DNA from: Terriglobia bacterium | GTDB lineage: Bacteria; Acidobacteriota; Polarisedimenticolia; Polarisedimenticolales; JAIQFR01 | Length of the DNA: 64,000 nucleotides | Reading direction: 5' to 3' | NCBI GenBank assembly: GCA_963748015.1 | Contig: CAVVHE010000009.1 | Location: 128,001 to 192,000 of the forward strand | Part shown: piece by piece, positions 1 to 10,560 of the stretch | Numbering within the stretch: the first letter of the stretch is position 1 | How the letters are laid out: each line of letters opens with the position of its first letter | Made by a program: the position numbers and the translations under genes | Notes under the pieces: model-generated | The model's input: only the letters and a program-made list of their open reading frames with translations | Databases searched by the model: none | What the model was told of the DNA's origin: nothing

Positions 1-1308
<1,308 letters not shown>

Positions 1309-1315
1309 CACGCCG

Positions 1316-1352
1316 GGTCGGGGTCGGGAGCACGGGCTCCCGGCCCTCGACC
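1316..1352 (+). terminator. GC-rich hairpin after rpoD (possible terminator)
   Basis: GGTCGGGGTCGGGAGC-acgg-GCTCCCGGCCCTCGACC imperfect inverted repeat just after the stop codon; weak U-tract. Confidence 0.4.
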
Positions 1353-1429
1353 TCTGTCCGCTGGCTTACCGAGCCTGCCCTGGGGTAACCTGACCGACCG
1401 CCTAGCGCGCCGGGGCGGGAAGAGGCGAC

Positions 1430-2140
1430 ATGGGCGACGGCAAGAGCGAGCTGCACGAGAGCACCCGGGAACGGCTCCGGCGCGTGCCGCTCTTCGCCGA
1501 GCTCGAGGACGAGGACCTCGACCGCTTGGCCGGCCTGTCCCGGATCGCGCAGCTCCGCCGCAAGGAGATGCTCTTCGCGGACGGGGAGCCGTACACCGGG
1601 ATGTACGTGATCCTGAGCGGGCTCGCGGTGGTCTACAAGCAGTCCGGCGACGGCAGGATGCTGATCCTGCACGTCTGCCGCCCCGGCGATACGCTAGCCG
1701 AGGACCCCCTGTTCGACGTGCCCGAGGCCCGCTATCCCGCGCACGGCAGGGTGACCCGCGACAGCGAGGTCATGTTCCTGCCGCGGGACAAGTTCCTCCC
1801 GTTCCTGAAGCAGCACCCCGAGGTGGCGTGGGAGCTGCTGAAGGGGTTCGCGGTGCGCCTCCGCGAGCTGAGCCAGCAGCTCGAGGGCGTCACCCTCCGC
1901 GAGGTCACCGCGCGCCTCGCGCGGTACCTCATCAACGAGCTCGAGAAATCCGGCCACTCCCGCGACCCCCGGCCCACCATCACGCTCCCCCTCGCCAAGG
2001 GCGCCCTCGCCTCCTTCCTGGGCACCGTCCACGAAACCCTCTCCCGCTCCTTCGCCCGCCTCATCCGCGAGAAGATCGTCACCGTGGATGGCCCCCGCGT
2101 CACCCTCCTCGACCCCGCCCGCCTCGAACGCCTGATCTGA
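1430..2140 (+). CDS. CRP/FNR family transcriptional regulator
   Basis: cNMP-binding-like N-terminus (LFADGEP..MYVILSG) and C-terminal HTH LASFLGTVHETLSR. Confidence 0.9.
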   Translation: MGDGKSELHESTRERLRRVPLFAELEDEDLDRLAGLSRIAQLRRKEMLFADGEPYTGMYVILSGLAVVYKQSGDGRMLILHVCRPGDTLAEDPLFDVPEARYPAHGRVTRDSEVMFLPRDKFLPFLKQHPEVAWELLKGFAVRLRELSQQLEGVTLREVTARLARYLINELEKSGHSRDPRPTITLPLAKGALASFLGTVHETLSRSFARLIREKIVTVDGPRVTLLDPARLERLI

Positions 2141-2146
2141 TTCCCT

Positions 2147-2515
2147 CTACTTCCGGATCGCGGCGAGGGCGAGCGCGAGCCAGCCGGTGATGAAGGCGAG
2201 GCCGCCCAGGGGGGTGATGGCTCCGAGCCAGCGGTGGCCGGTGAGGGTGAGAAGGTAGAGGCTGCCGGAGAAGACGAGGATGCCCGCCAGGAAGAGCCAG
2301 CCGGCCAGGGTCGCCCAGGTGCCCGGCCAGCGGTCGGCGGCCCAACCCACCGCGAGGAGACCGAGGGCGTGGACCAGGTGGTAGCGCACTCCCGTCTCGT
2401 AGATCGCCAGCAGATCCGGGGTCACACGCGCCTTGAGCCCGTGCGCGCCGAACGCGCCGAGGGCCACGCCGAGCGCCGCCGCGATCGCCCCCGTCGCGAA
2501 CCAGCCTCCCGCCAT
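2147..2515 (-). CDS. DUF423 (YgdD/TMEM256-like) membrane protein
   Basis: GAFGAHGL, YHLVHAL, FSGSLY and GAITPLGG motifs. Confidence 0.9.
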   Translation of the reverse strand: MAGGWFATGAIAAALGVALGAFGAHGLKARVTPDLLAIYETGVRYHLVHALGLLAVGWAADRWPGTWATLAGWLFLAGILVFSGSLYLLTLTGHRWLGAITPLGGLAFITGWLALALAAIRK

Positions 2516-2599
2516 CGCCACCTCCACGCGCCGCCGCGCCCTGCCGGACTCGCGCCGACCGGTCGCGCCGCGCTACTCTTGGGGAAGGAGGATACTCCC

Positions 2600-3346
2600 A
2601 TGCGCAGGCGCCTACCCTCCGCTCTCGCCGCCCTGGCCGCGGCCGCGCTCGCGACCGCGGCCCTCGCCGGCGCGGCGGAGGACTCCGACGTCGCCCGGAA
2701 GGTGGGCGAGCAGCTCCGCCGGTCCCCGCTCATCGGGCAGTTCGCGCTCACCGCGAAGGCGCGCGACGGGCGAGTGACCCTCGACGGGCGCGTTCACACG
2801 CTCTCGGAGTCGTGGGACGCCGAGGACCTCGCCAGCAAGGTGCGCGGCGTCCTCGAGATCGACAACCGGATCGCGATCGACTCGCGGGGGACGAGCGACG
2901 CCGCGATCGAGGCCGCCATCAAGCGGCGCTACGAGGACATCGTCGCCGTCGCCACGGCAGCCCCCGAGGTCCGGGTCGTCCAGGGCGCCGTCACGCTCTC
3001 GGGGAAGCTCCGCGACGGGCGCACCCGCTTCACCGCGATCGATGCGGCGGCGAAGATCCCGGGGGTCGTCGCCGTCGAGGACCGGTTCGAGACTCCCGCC
3101 AAGGACGACGAGACGATCGGCAAGGAGGTCGCCGGCGTCCTCGCCAACCTCTCGCTCCTCGGCGTATCGGGCAAGGTCCGGCCCACGGTCAAGGACGGGA
3201 TCGTGACGCTGACCGGCCGCGTCGGGAAGCTCTACGACCGGAAGCGCTTGACCCGCCTGGCTCTCGGCGCCAACGGCGTTCGCGGTGTCGAGAACCGGCT
3301 CGAGATCGGGTCGTCGAAGTCCGACCTACTCATTCCTCTCGAGTGA
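2600..3346 (+). CDS. Exported BON-domain protein (three BON repeats)
   Basis: Signal peptide; repeated G.VTL.G...GV..V.N motifs; AGGAGG RBS. Confidence 0.85.
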   Translation: MRRRLPSALAALAAAALATAALAGAAEDSDVARKVGEQLRRSPLIGQFALTAKARDGRVTLDGRVHTLSESWDAEDLASKVRGVLEIDNRIAIDSRGTSDAAIEAAIKRRYEDIVAVATAAPEVRVVQGAVTLSGKLRDGRTRFTAIDAAAKIPGVVAVEDRFETPAKDDETIGKEVAGVLANLSLLGVSGKVRPTVKDGIVTLTGRVGKLYDRKRLTRLALGANGVRGVENRLEIGSSKSDLLIPLE

Positions 3347-3348
3347 CC

Positions 3349-3417
3349 CGCTTCGACTCGCTTCGCCCGCTCGCTTCGACTCGCTTCGCTCGCTCGCTTC
3401 GACTCGCTTCGCTCGCT
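3349..3417. repeat. 3 x 23-bp tandem repeat CGCTTCGACTCGCTTCGCTCGCT
   Basis: Units at 3349-3371 (one mismatch), 3372-3394 and 3395-3417, between convergent genes. Confidence 0.9.
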
Positions 3418-4028
3418 CAGCGCGAGAGCTTCGCGGCTATCGTCGCGACGTGCTTCCCCTGGAACCGGGCCCCGGCCAGCTCGTTCTCGCTCGGCAGCCG
3501 CGCGCCGTCGCCGCCGGCGATCGTCGACGCCCCGTACGGGGTCCCCCCCGTGACCTCGTCGGTCCGCGTCTGCCCCTCAAACGCATAGGGCAGTCCGACG
3601 ACCACCATCCCCTGGTGCAGCAGGGTCACGTGGAAGGTCAAGAGGGTGGACTCCTGGCCGCCGTGCTGCGTCCCGCTCGACGTGAACACGCTGCCGGCCT
3701 TCCCGACCAGGGCGCCCTTCATCCACAGCCCGCCGGTCGCGTCGAGGAACTGCCGCATCTGCCCGCACATGTTCCCGAAGCGGGTCGGCGTCCCGAAGAT
3801 CACGGCGTCGGCCGAGCCCAACTCCTCCATCGTGCACACGGGCACCTTCGAAAGCTCCTTCTGGGCCTCGGCCGCCCCCATCTTGGCGATGACCTCGGCC
3901 GGGAGCGTCTCCGGTACCCGGCGAACGAGGACCTCCGCGCCGCCGACCTCCCGCGCCCCCTCGGCGACCGCCTCGGCCATGCGCGCGATGTGTCCGTACA
4001 GCGAGTAATAGACGACCAGGACTTTCAT
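3417..4028 (-). CDS. wrbA: NAD(P)H:quinone oxidoreductase, WrbA flavoprotein
   Basis: [28 protein letters not shown] and GGTPYGA motifs. Confidence 0.95.
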   Translation of the reverse strand: MKVLVVYYSLYGHIARMAEAVAEGAREVGGAEVLVRRVPETLPAEVIAKMGAAEAQKELSKVPVCTMEELGSADAVIFGTPTRFGNMCGQMRQFLDATGGLWMKGALVGKAGSVFTSSGTQHGGQESTLLTFHVTLLHQGMVVVGLPYAFEGQTRTDEVTGGTPYGASTIAGGDGARLPSENELAGARFQGKHVATIAAKLSR

Positions 4029-4189
4029 CGTGGAACCTCCGGCCCCTGGGGCTTCATAAACAGGACTCTATTAGTCCGCTTTAGGGATCCTGCCAAGTGA
4101 CGGGACCTCGCCGCGCCGCACGGCCACAACTTCTCGACCCCCGCGGCGTATGATTCGCCGGGGCGCCGCGCGCCCCGAAGGAGGCCGCC

Positions 4190-5233
4190 ATTCGCACCGC
4201 CATCTTAACCCTGATGATCCTGGCACTCGCCGCGACGGCTCTCCCCGCCCGCGCCGCGGAGCCGGACGGCTCCCCGGCGGGCCTCGAGAAGCGCGTCGCC
4301 GACGCCGAGAACAAGCTCGGCGCCCTCTCCGACCGCATGGAAGTCCTGCTCAAGAAGATCGACGACGTCCTGTGGTTCGACCGCGTCGGGGACGTCGCCG
4401 ACGTGGACAAGATCTGGTACCCGAGCGCCCCCAACCCGAAAGGGGAGGAGACCTACGGGATCAAGAACGAGCGCCACCCGTTCAAGATCTGGTCGTACGT
4501 GTTCGTCCCCAAGAAGCTCGACCGCTCGAAGAAGCACCCGCTGCTGCTCCTCCCGCACGGCGGCGTCCACGCCGACTTCGACACCTACTACACGCACATC
4601 GTGCGCGAGCTGATCGACCGCGGGTACGTCGTCGTCGCGCCCGACTACCGCGGCTCCACGGGCTACGGCAAGGAGTACCGCGAGGCGATCGACTACGGCG
4701 GGCTCGAGGTGGACGACGTCGTGGCCGGCCGCGACTGGGCGGTCGAGACGCTCCCGTTCGTGGACGGGGCGCGCGCCGGCATCCTCGGCTGGAGCCACGG
4801 CGGGCTGATCGCGCTGATGGCGGTGTTCGACCACCCGGACAAGTTCAAGGCGGCGTACGCCGGCGTGCCGGTCTCGGACCTGATCGCGAGGATGGGCTAC
4901 ACCGAGGAGGGCTACCGCGCCGAGTTCTCCGCCCCGTATCACATCGGCAAGACCGCGAACCAGGACGTGGACGAGTACCGGCGCCGCTCGCCGGTGTGGA
5001 ACGTCGAGAAGCTCAAGACGCCGCTCCTGATCCACACGAACACGAACGACCGCGACGTGAACGTGGTCGAGGTCGAGCACCTGATCCAGGCGCTCAAGGC
5101 GGCGGGGAAGGACTTCCAGTACAAGATCTACAAGGACGCCCCCGGCGGCCACAGCTTCAACCGGCTGGACACGACGGCGGCGCGCGAGTCGCGCAAAGAG
5201 GTCTACGACTTCCTGGCGAAGTACCTCAAGTAG
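4190..5233 (+). CDS. Exported S9-family (prolyl oligopeptidase-like) serine peptidase; start at ATT 4190 or ATG 4214
   Basis: PHGG, DYRGSTGYG, GWSHGG nucleophile elbow, catalytic D and H near the C-terminus; signal peptide. Confidence 0.85.
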   Translation: MRTAILTLMILALAATALPARAAEPDGSPAGLEKRVADAENKLGALSDRMEVLLKKIDDVLWFDRVGDVADVDKIWYPSAPNPKGEETYGIKNERHPFKIWSYVFVPKKLDRSKKHPLLLLPHGGVHADFDTYYTHIVRELIDRGYVVVAPDYRGSTGYGKEYREAIDYGGLEVDDVVAGRDWAVETLPFVDGARAGILGWSHGGLIALMAVFDHPDKFKAAYAGVPVSDLIARMGYTEEGYRAEFSAPYHIGKTANQDVDEYRRRSPVWNVEKLKTPLLIHTNTNDRDVNVVEVEHLIQALKAAGKDFQYKIYKDAPGGHSFNRLDTTAARESRKEVYDFLAKYLK

Positions 5234-5243
5234 GGAGAGCGGC

Positions 5244-6434
5244 ATGATCGAACCCGTCGTTGATGCCCGGGACCTCGAGACCTGGGCCTCGATCCTCCTC
5301 GACCACTCGCTCGGCGGGATCGAGCCCGGCGACCGCGTGATGATCAAGGGAGAGCGGATCGGCTGGCCGCTCATGGAGGTGCTCGAGCGGCGCGTCGTCG
5401 AGGCCGGTGCCGTGCCCGACGTGCTGCTCGTCCCGCCGAACAACGACCGCGGCCGCGTCTGGTCGGCGGGGGTGGGGCGGGTCGCGACGCCGGAGCAGCT
5501 CGCGCGCGTCCCCGACTGGCACCGCGCGAGGTACGAGTCGTTCAACAAGTACGTCGAGGTCCTGGGCGCCGAGGATCCGTCGCGTTATCAGGGGCTCGAG
5601 CCCGCGCGCGCGCAGGCCGTCGCGATGGCGGACCGGCCGTTCGCGAACCTGAGGCTCGCGCGGCGCTGGGTGATCACGCTCTACCCGACGCCGGCGATGG
5701 CGGCGTTCGAGGGGATCGAGTTCGACGAGTACGTGCGCTTCGTCGTGGACGCGTCGATCACCGACCCGCGGCCGCTGCGCGACGCGGAGGAGAGGATCGC
5801 CCCGCTGCTCCGCGAGGGCCGGCGCGCCACGGTCGTGACCGAGGCACCCGACGGGCGCAACATGGCGCTGGTACTCGACATCGGCCCGTCCATCCCGGCG
5901 ATGTCGTACGGCCTGCGCAACCTCCCGGACGGCGAGGTGTACACCAGCCCGGTCGCGTCGGCGACGGAAGGGGAGATCTACCTCGACCTCCCGAACTCGA
6001 ACGCGGGAAACGACATCCGCGGCATCCGCCTCCGCTTCGAGCACGGGCGGATCGTGAACTACCACGCGGAGGTCGGCCACCAGCACCTTCGCGAGATCAT
6101 CGAGACCGACGACGGCTCGCACCGCTTGGGCGAGTTCGCCCTCGGCATGAACCCCGGATTGACCCGGGTCTTGAAGCACCCGCTGTTCGTCGAGAAGGTC
6201 GGCGGTACCGTCCACATCGCGATCGGCGCCAGCTACGAGCACTGCTACGTCGAGGACCCCGCGTCCGACGACGGAAAGAAGCGCATCGCCGAGCTGACCG
6301 CCGCCGACGTCGTCAATCGCAGCGCCCAGCACGTGGACCTCGTCGCCGACTTCCGGCCGGGCGGGTGCGGGCGGAAGGTGATGATCGACGGGACGGAGCT
6401 GGTGGTGAAGGATGGGGTCTGGGTGGTGAAGTAG
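5244..6434 (+). CDS. Aminopeptidase, M29 (thermophilic metalloprotease) family
   Basis: NLPDGEVYTSP, LGEFALG, EKVGGTVHIAIG, SAQHVDL motifs. Confidence 0.88.
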   Translation: MIEPVVDARDLETWASILLDHSLGGIEPGDRVMIKGERIGWPLMEVLERRVVEAGAVPDVLLVPPNNDRGRVWSAGVGRVATPEQLARVPDWHRARYESFNKYVEVLGAEDPSRYQGLEPARAQAVAMADRPFANLRLARRWVITLYPTPAMAAFEGIEFDEYVRFVVDASITDPRPLRDAEERIAPLLREGRRATVVTEAPDGRNMALVLDIGPSIPAMSYGLRNLPDGEVYTSPVASATEGEIYLDLPNSNAGNDIRGIRLRFEHGRIVNYHAEVGHQHLREIIETDDGSHRLGEFALGMNPGLTRVLKHPLFVEKVGGTVHIAIGASYEHCYVEDPASDDGKKRIAELTAADVVNRSAQHVDLVADFRPGGCGRKVMIDGTELVVKDGVWVVK

Positions 6435-6550
6435 GCGGGCCGGAACGCGGACGGGCGCGTGCGGGGAGGTGGAGCCCGGCTCGGTCTCTCCCGAGGCCAT
6501 CCCTCGAGGCGCCGTCTCGAGCTCGAGCAAATCCTGTAGAATCCCCGATC

Positions 6551-7480
6551 ATGTTCAAAGCAGAGAAGCTGACGAAACGATTCGGGGACATCCGGGCGGT
6601 GGACGGGATCTCGTTCGAGGTTCGCAAGGGGGAGCTCTACGGCCTCCTCGGCCCGAACGGGGCCGGCAAGACCACCACCATGTCGATCCTCGCCGGCCTC
6701 TTGGCTCCCGACGACGGCCGCGTCGAGTTCGACGGCATCGACCTCGCCGCGGACCCCCTCCGCGTCAAGGCCCAGCTCGGGATCGTCCCGCAGGAGCCCG
6801 CGCTCTACGAGACCCTCTCGGCCCGCGAGAACCTCCGCTTCTGGGGAGCCTTCTACGGCCTCGCCGGGGCCGACCTCGACCGCGCCGTCGATCGCGTCCT
6901 CGAGCAGACCGGCCTCGCGGCCCGCGCCAAGGACCCCATCCGCACCTATTCCGGCGGGATGAAGCGCCGCCTCAACCTCGGCATCGGCCTCGTCCATTCC
7001 CCCCGCGCCGTCCTCATGGACGAGCCCACCGTCGGCATCGATCCCCAGGCCCGCCTCAACATCCTCGACGTCGTCCGCGCCGTCGCAGCCTCCGGCACCA
7101 CCGTCGTCTACACCACGCACTACCTCGAGGAGGCCGAGACCCTCTGCGACCGGATCGGGATCATGGACCACGGCAAGATCCTCGCCGAGGGGACTCTCGA
7201 CGAGCTGAAGCGCCGCGTCGGCACGAAAGAGGTCGTCACCGTCCGCGGCGGCTTCGACCCCGAGCAGGCCCGCGCCCGCCTCGGCGCGGTCCCCGGCGCG
7301 ACCGTCCTCTCCGCCGAGCAGGGCAAGGTCGTCCTCACGGTCGACGGCGGAGGCCGCGCGGCCGTCGAGCTGCTCACCGAGGCCCTCGGCGGCGGACTTC
7401 AGGTGGAGGGTGTCTCCGTCGAGCCGCCCAGCCTGAACGCGCTCTTCCTCGATCTCACCGGCCGCGAGCTGCGCGACTGA
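6551..7480 (+). CDS. ABC-2 type exporter ATP-binding subunit
   Basis: Walker A GPNGAGKTT, signature YSGGM, Walker B LMDEPT. Confidence 0.93.
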   Translation: MFKAEKLTKRFGDIRAVDGISFEVRKGELYGLLGPNGAGKTTTMSILAGLLAPDDGRVEFDGIDLAADPLRVKAQLGIVPQEPALYETLSARENLRFWGAFYGLAGADLDRAVDRVLEQTGLAARAKDPIRTYSGGMKRRLNLGIGLVHSPRAVLMDEPTVGIDPQARLNILDVVRAVAASGTTVVYTTHYLEEAETLCDRIGIMDHGKILAEGTLDELKRRVGTKEVVTVRGGFDPEQARARLGAVPGATVLSAEQGKVVLTVDGGGRAAVELLTEALGGGLQVEGVSVEPPSLNALFLDLTGRELRD

Positions 7481-8760
7481 TGCGCCGCATCCTGCTCCTC
7501 GTCGGCAAGGATCTGAGGCGCAAGCTCCGAGCCCCGCTGGGCCTCGTCGTCACGCTCCTGTTCCCGGTCCTTCTCGCGGGAATGATCGCCCTGGTCTTCG
7601 GCGCGCGCGGCGACCAGACCCCCAAGGTGCGCCTGCTCGTGCAGAACCAGGACGACGGGATGCTCGCCTCCGCGCTCGCTTCGGCCATGGCCTCCGAGCG
7701 GATGGCCGAGCGCTTCGACGTGCGCCTGGTCGGCGACGAAGGGCGCGCGCTCATGGAGCGAGGAGAGGCCTCGGCCCTCCTCGTGATCCCCAAGCGCTTC
7801 ACGAAGGACGTGCTCGACGGCACCCCGGTCACGCTCGCCCTCGTGAAGAACCCCGCCGAGGGGATCCTTCCCGCGGTCGCCGAGCAGCTCGCGTCGATCC
7901 TCGCCCAGCTGCTCGACGGCGGCGCGCGCGTGCTGCGCGGCCCGCTCGACGACCTCCGCCCGTACCTCGCGGACGGTTCCGGCGCGCCGACCGACGCGGC
8001 CGTCTCCGCGATATCCATCTCTTTCAAGCGCGTCATCGAGAGCGCCGGCAAGTACGTCCTGCCGCCGGCCATCACCCTGGAAGGGGTCTTCGGCGCGAAG
8101 AAGAAGGAAGAGGACAAGAAGAAGGACGACAGGTCCGACGACGGCACGACGTCCGCGATCTTCCTCCTCGTCCTGCCGGGAGTCGGCGTCTACTCGCTGT
8201 TCCTCGTCGGCGACTCCGCGATGCGCGACGTCATGACCGAAGCGGTCCAGGGCACGCTCCGGCGCCAGCTCGCGGGGCCCATCGGCCCCGGGACGCTCGT
8301 TCTCGCCAAGGCCCTCTACACCGCGGCGCTCTCGCTGATCGCCCTCGTCGTGCTCGCGGCGGTGGGCGCCGCCGTACTGCGTCGCGGCGTCGATCCCGCG
8401 GGGTTCGCAATCCTCTCGCTGTCCATCGTGCTCGCCGTCTCGGGCGCCGCCGCCACGATCTACGGCTTCGCCCGCACCGAGCGCGTCGGCGCCACCGTCG
8501 CGTCCGTCGTCTATCTCTTCATGGGGTTCGCCGGCGGCAGCTTCGTCCCGCTCCAGAACCTCCCCGCCGCCGTGCGCCGCGTCGCGCCGATGACGCCGTT
8601 CTACTGGGGCGGCACCGGCTTCCGGAAGTTGATCGCCGATGGCGGCGGCCTCGCCGACGTCCTCCTCAACGCCGCCGTGCTCGCGACGTTCGGCGTCGCC
8701 CTGCTCGCCCTCGGAGGCTGGGCCCTCGGCCGCTCCGTGCGGAGGGGAGGCGCGGCATGA
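7480..8760 (+). CDS. ABC-2 type exporter permease
   Basis: N-terminal TM, extracytoplasmic domain, 5 C-terminal TMs; overlaps the ATPase stop. Confidence 0.85.
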   Translation: MRRILLLVGKDLRRKLRAPLGLVVTLLFPVLLAGMIALVFGARGDQTPKVRLLVQNQDDGMLASALASAMASERMAERFDVRLVGDEGRALMERGEASALLVIPKRFTKDVLDGTPVTLALVKNPAEGILPAVAEQLASILAQLLDGGARVLRGPLDDLRPYLADGSGAPTDAAVSAISISFKRVIESAGKYVLPPAITLEGVFGAKKKEEDKKKDDRSDDGTTSAIFLLVLPGVGVYSLFLVGDSAMRDVMTEAVQGTLRRQLAGPIGPGTLVLAKALYTAALSLIALVVLAAVGAAVLRRGVDPAGFAILSLSIVLAVSGAAATIYGFARTERVGATVASVVYLFMGFAGGSFVPLQNLPAAVRRVAPMTPFYWGGTGFRKLIADGGGLADVLLNAAVLATFGVALLALGGWALGRSVRRGGAA

Positions 8761-9905
8761 AGCGCGTCCTGCTCCTCGCGTTGCACGACCTGCGCCTGAC
8801 CGTGCGCGACCGCGCCGCGTTCTTCTGGATGCTCGTCCTCCCCGTCGCCCTCATGTGGGTATTCGGGCAGATGGGAGGGGGAGGGGGCGCCACGAAGGTC
8901 CGACTCACGGTCGTGGACCGCGACCACGGCTGGCTCGCGCGGGCGTTCATCGCCCAGCTCGCCTCGCCCGACGTCGACGTGAAGGAGCTGACCCCCGAAC
9001 AGGCCGCCAAGGAGCCGAAGAAGATCCGCACCCTGGTCGTTCCCGAGGGGTTCACCGCCAAGGCCCTCGCGGGCGACAAGCAGGCGCTCGCCATCGAGCG
9101 CGACCCCGGCACCGGCGCCGACTTCGACCTCGCCGCCGACGCCAACGTCGTCCGCGCCGTTACCCGAACGCTCGCGCTGCTGGTGGAGCTGAGCGAGGCG
9201 AAGACACCCGCGGCGTCCGCCGAGGCCGAGTTCGCCCGCCTCGCCGCCCGCCCGCCCCTCGTCCGTCTCGACGTGACGATGGCCGGAAAGGGGAAGCCCG
9301 TGCCGAGCGGCAAGGCGCAGAGCGTCCCCGGCATCCTCACCATGACCGTATTGATGATGACCGTCATCTACGGCGGCGTGTTCCTGACGCTCGAGAAGCG
9401 CGACGGCACCCTCCGCCGCCAGGCCGCCGGCCCCATCGGCCGCGGCGGCATCGTCGCCGGAAAGCTCCTCGGCCGGCTGATGGTCGCGGGGATGCAGACC
9501 GCCGTGCTGCTGCTCGTGGGGAGATTCCTGTTCGGCGTGAGCTTCGGAGCGTCGCCCGCGGGGCTGTTTTTGCTGCTCGCCGCGTACGCGTTCTGCGCCG
9601 CGGCGCTCGCCACCCTGTGCGGCGCCGTGTTCAAGACCCCCGAGCAGGCGTCCGCCATCGGCTGGCTCTCGTGCATGGTCATGGCGGCGCTCGGCGGCTG
9701 CTGGTGGCCCAGCGAGGTCGTGCCCCGGTGGCTCTGGACCGCGTCGCACGTCTTCCCCACGGCCTGGGCGATGGACGCGTTCCACGCGTTGATCAGCTTC
9801 GGGCGGGGAATCGACGCGGTCCTCCTCCCGGCCGCGGTGCTGGTCGGGTTCGGGGTGGTGTTCGCGCTGGTCGGCGCGCGCCGCCTGCGGGTCGATGCGG
9901 CGTGA
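8757..9905 (+). CDS. ABC-2 type exporter permease
   Basis: Same architecture; LEKRDGTLRR and LGGCWWP motifs. Confidence 0.88.
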   Translation: MKRVLLLALHDLRLTVRDRAAFFWMLVLPVALMWVFGQMGGGGGATKVRLTVVDRDHGWLARAFIAQLASPDVDVKELTPEQAAKEPKKIRTLVVPEGFTAKALAGDKQALAIERDPGTGADFDLAADANVVRAVTRTLALLVELSEAKTPAASAEAEFARLAARPPLVRLDVTMAGKGKPVPSGKAQSVPGILTMTVLMMTVIYGGVFLTLEKRDGTLRRQAAGPIGRGGIVAGKLLGRLMVAGMQTAVLLLVGRFLFGVSFGASPAGLFLLLAAYAFCAAALATLCGAVFKTPEQASAIGWLSCMVMAALGGCWWPSEVVPRWLWTASHVFPTAWAMDAFHALISFGRGIDAVLLPAAVLVGFGVVFALVGARRLRVDAA

Positions 9906-9967
9906 ACCCTGCCGAAAGCCGGGAGGAGAGGCGGCGCACCTGGGGATACAATGCTGGCGCTGCTTGG

Positions 9968-10041
9968 GCCCCCATAGCTCAGTAGGTCAGAGCGGCGGAC
10001 TCATAATCCGCTGGTCCCAGGTTCGAGTCCTGGTGGGGGCC
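9968..10041 (+). tRNA. tRNA with CAT anticodon, most likely tRNA-Ile2 (lysidine) rather than Met
   Basis: Acceptor GCCCCCA/TGGGGGC, D-arm GCTC..GAGC, anticodon stem GCGGA-CTCATAA-TCCGC, T-arm CCAGG-TTCGAGT-CCTGG; -10-like TACAAT at 9946-9951. Confidence 0.92.
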
Positions 10042-10082
10042 TCATAATCCGCTGGTCCCAGGTTCGAGTCCTGGTGGGGGCA
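10041..10082 (+). repeat. att-like copy 1 of the tRNA 3' half (exact 41-bp tandem duplication)
   Basis: 10041-10081 identical to 10000-10040. Confidence 0.95.
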
Positions 10083-10139
10083 TTCGTAAGTGGTTGGGCA
10101 CACGCAACTTCGCCGCACGTGCCGCACGGCGAAGCGAAC

Positions 10140-10477
10140 GACTCTACGCAAAGTGTGCGCACCCGCCCTCCAAACCAAGGCCACCGACGCGTCCCGCGGC
10201 TCGGCTGACTTGGCGGAAGTGCCCGATGGGGACTGACTTTCCACCACGACCTTTCCGTTGGCTATGTCAGGCCAGCGGATTCAAAATGCGCTGCTCGGAG
10301 GATTGTGTGTGGTTTCGCAAGTTGCTGTCCCGTGGCGATTTGCCGACACGAAAAGCAGCTCGTTTAGCCAAGACCAGCGGACTTTTGGTGCGCTGCTCTC
10401 GGTGCCGACGTCCCGCAGATGTGCTGATTTCCTGGCGCCTTCGGGATGTTACCCGAACGCGGCAATGGCGTAGAGTT
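10140..10477. repeat. Gene-less att-like module: arm pair, two core-like palindromes, inverted arm
   Basis: GACTCTACGCA-AAGTGTGCGCA (10140-10161); GGCCAGCGGA-N7-TGCGCTGCTC (10270-10296); GACCAGCGGA-N7-TGCGCTGCTC (10372-10398); GGCGTAGAGTT (10467-10477). Confidence 0.65.
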
Positions 10478-10560
10478 TGTTGCCGCGGAACGGCCGGGGC
10501 GGTCGGCGACACGGCTGGCAACACCGCGTCCAACGAGTGAGTGCAAAAGTGTTTCGTCCG

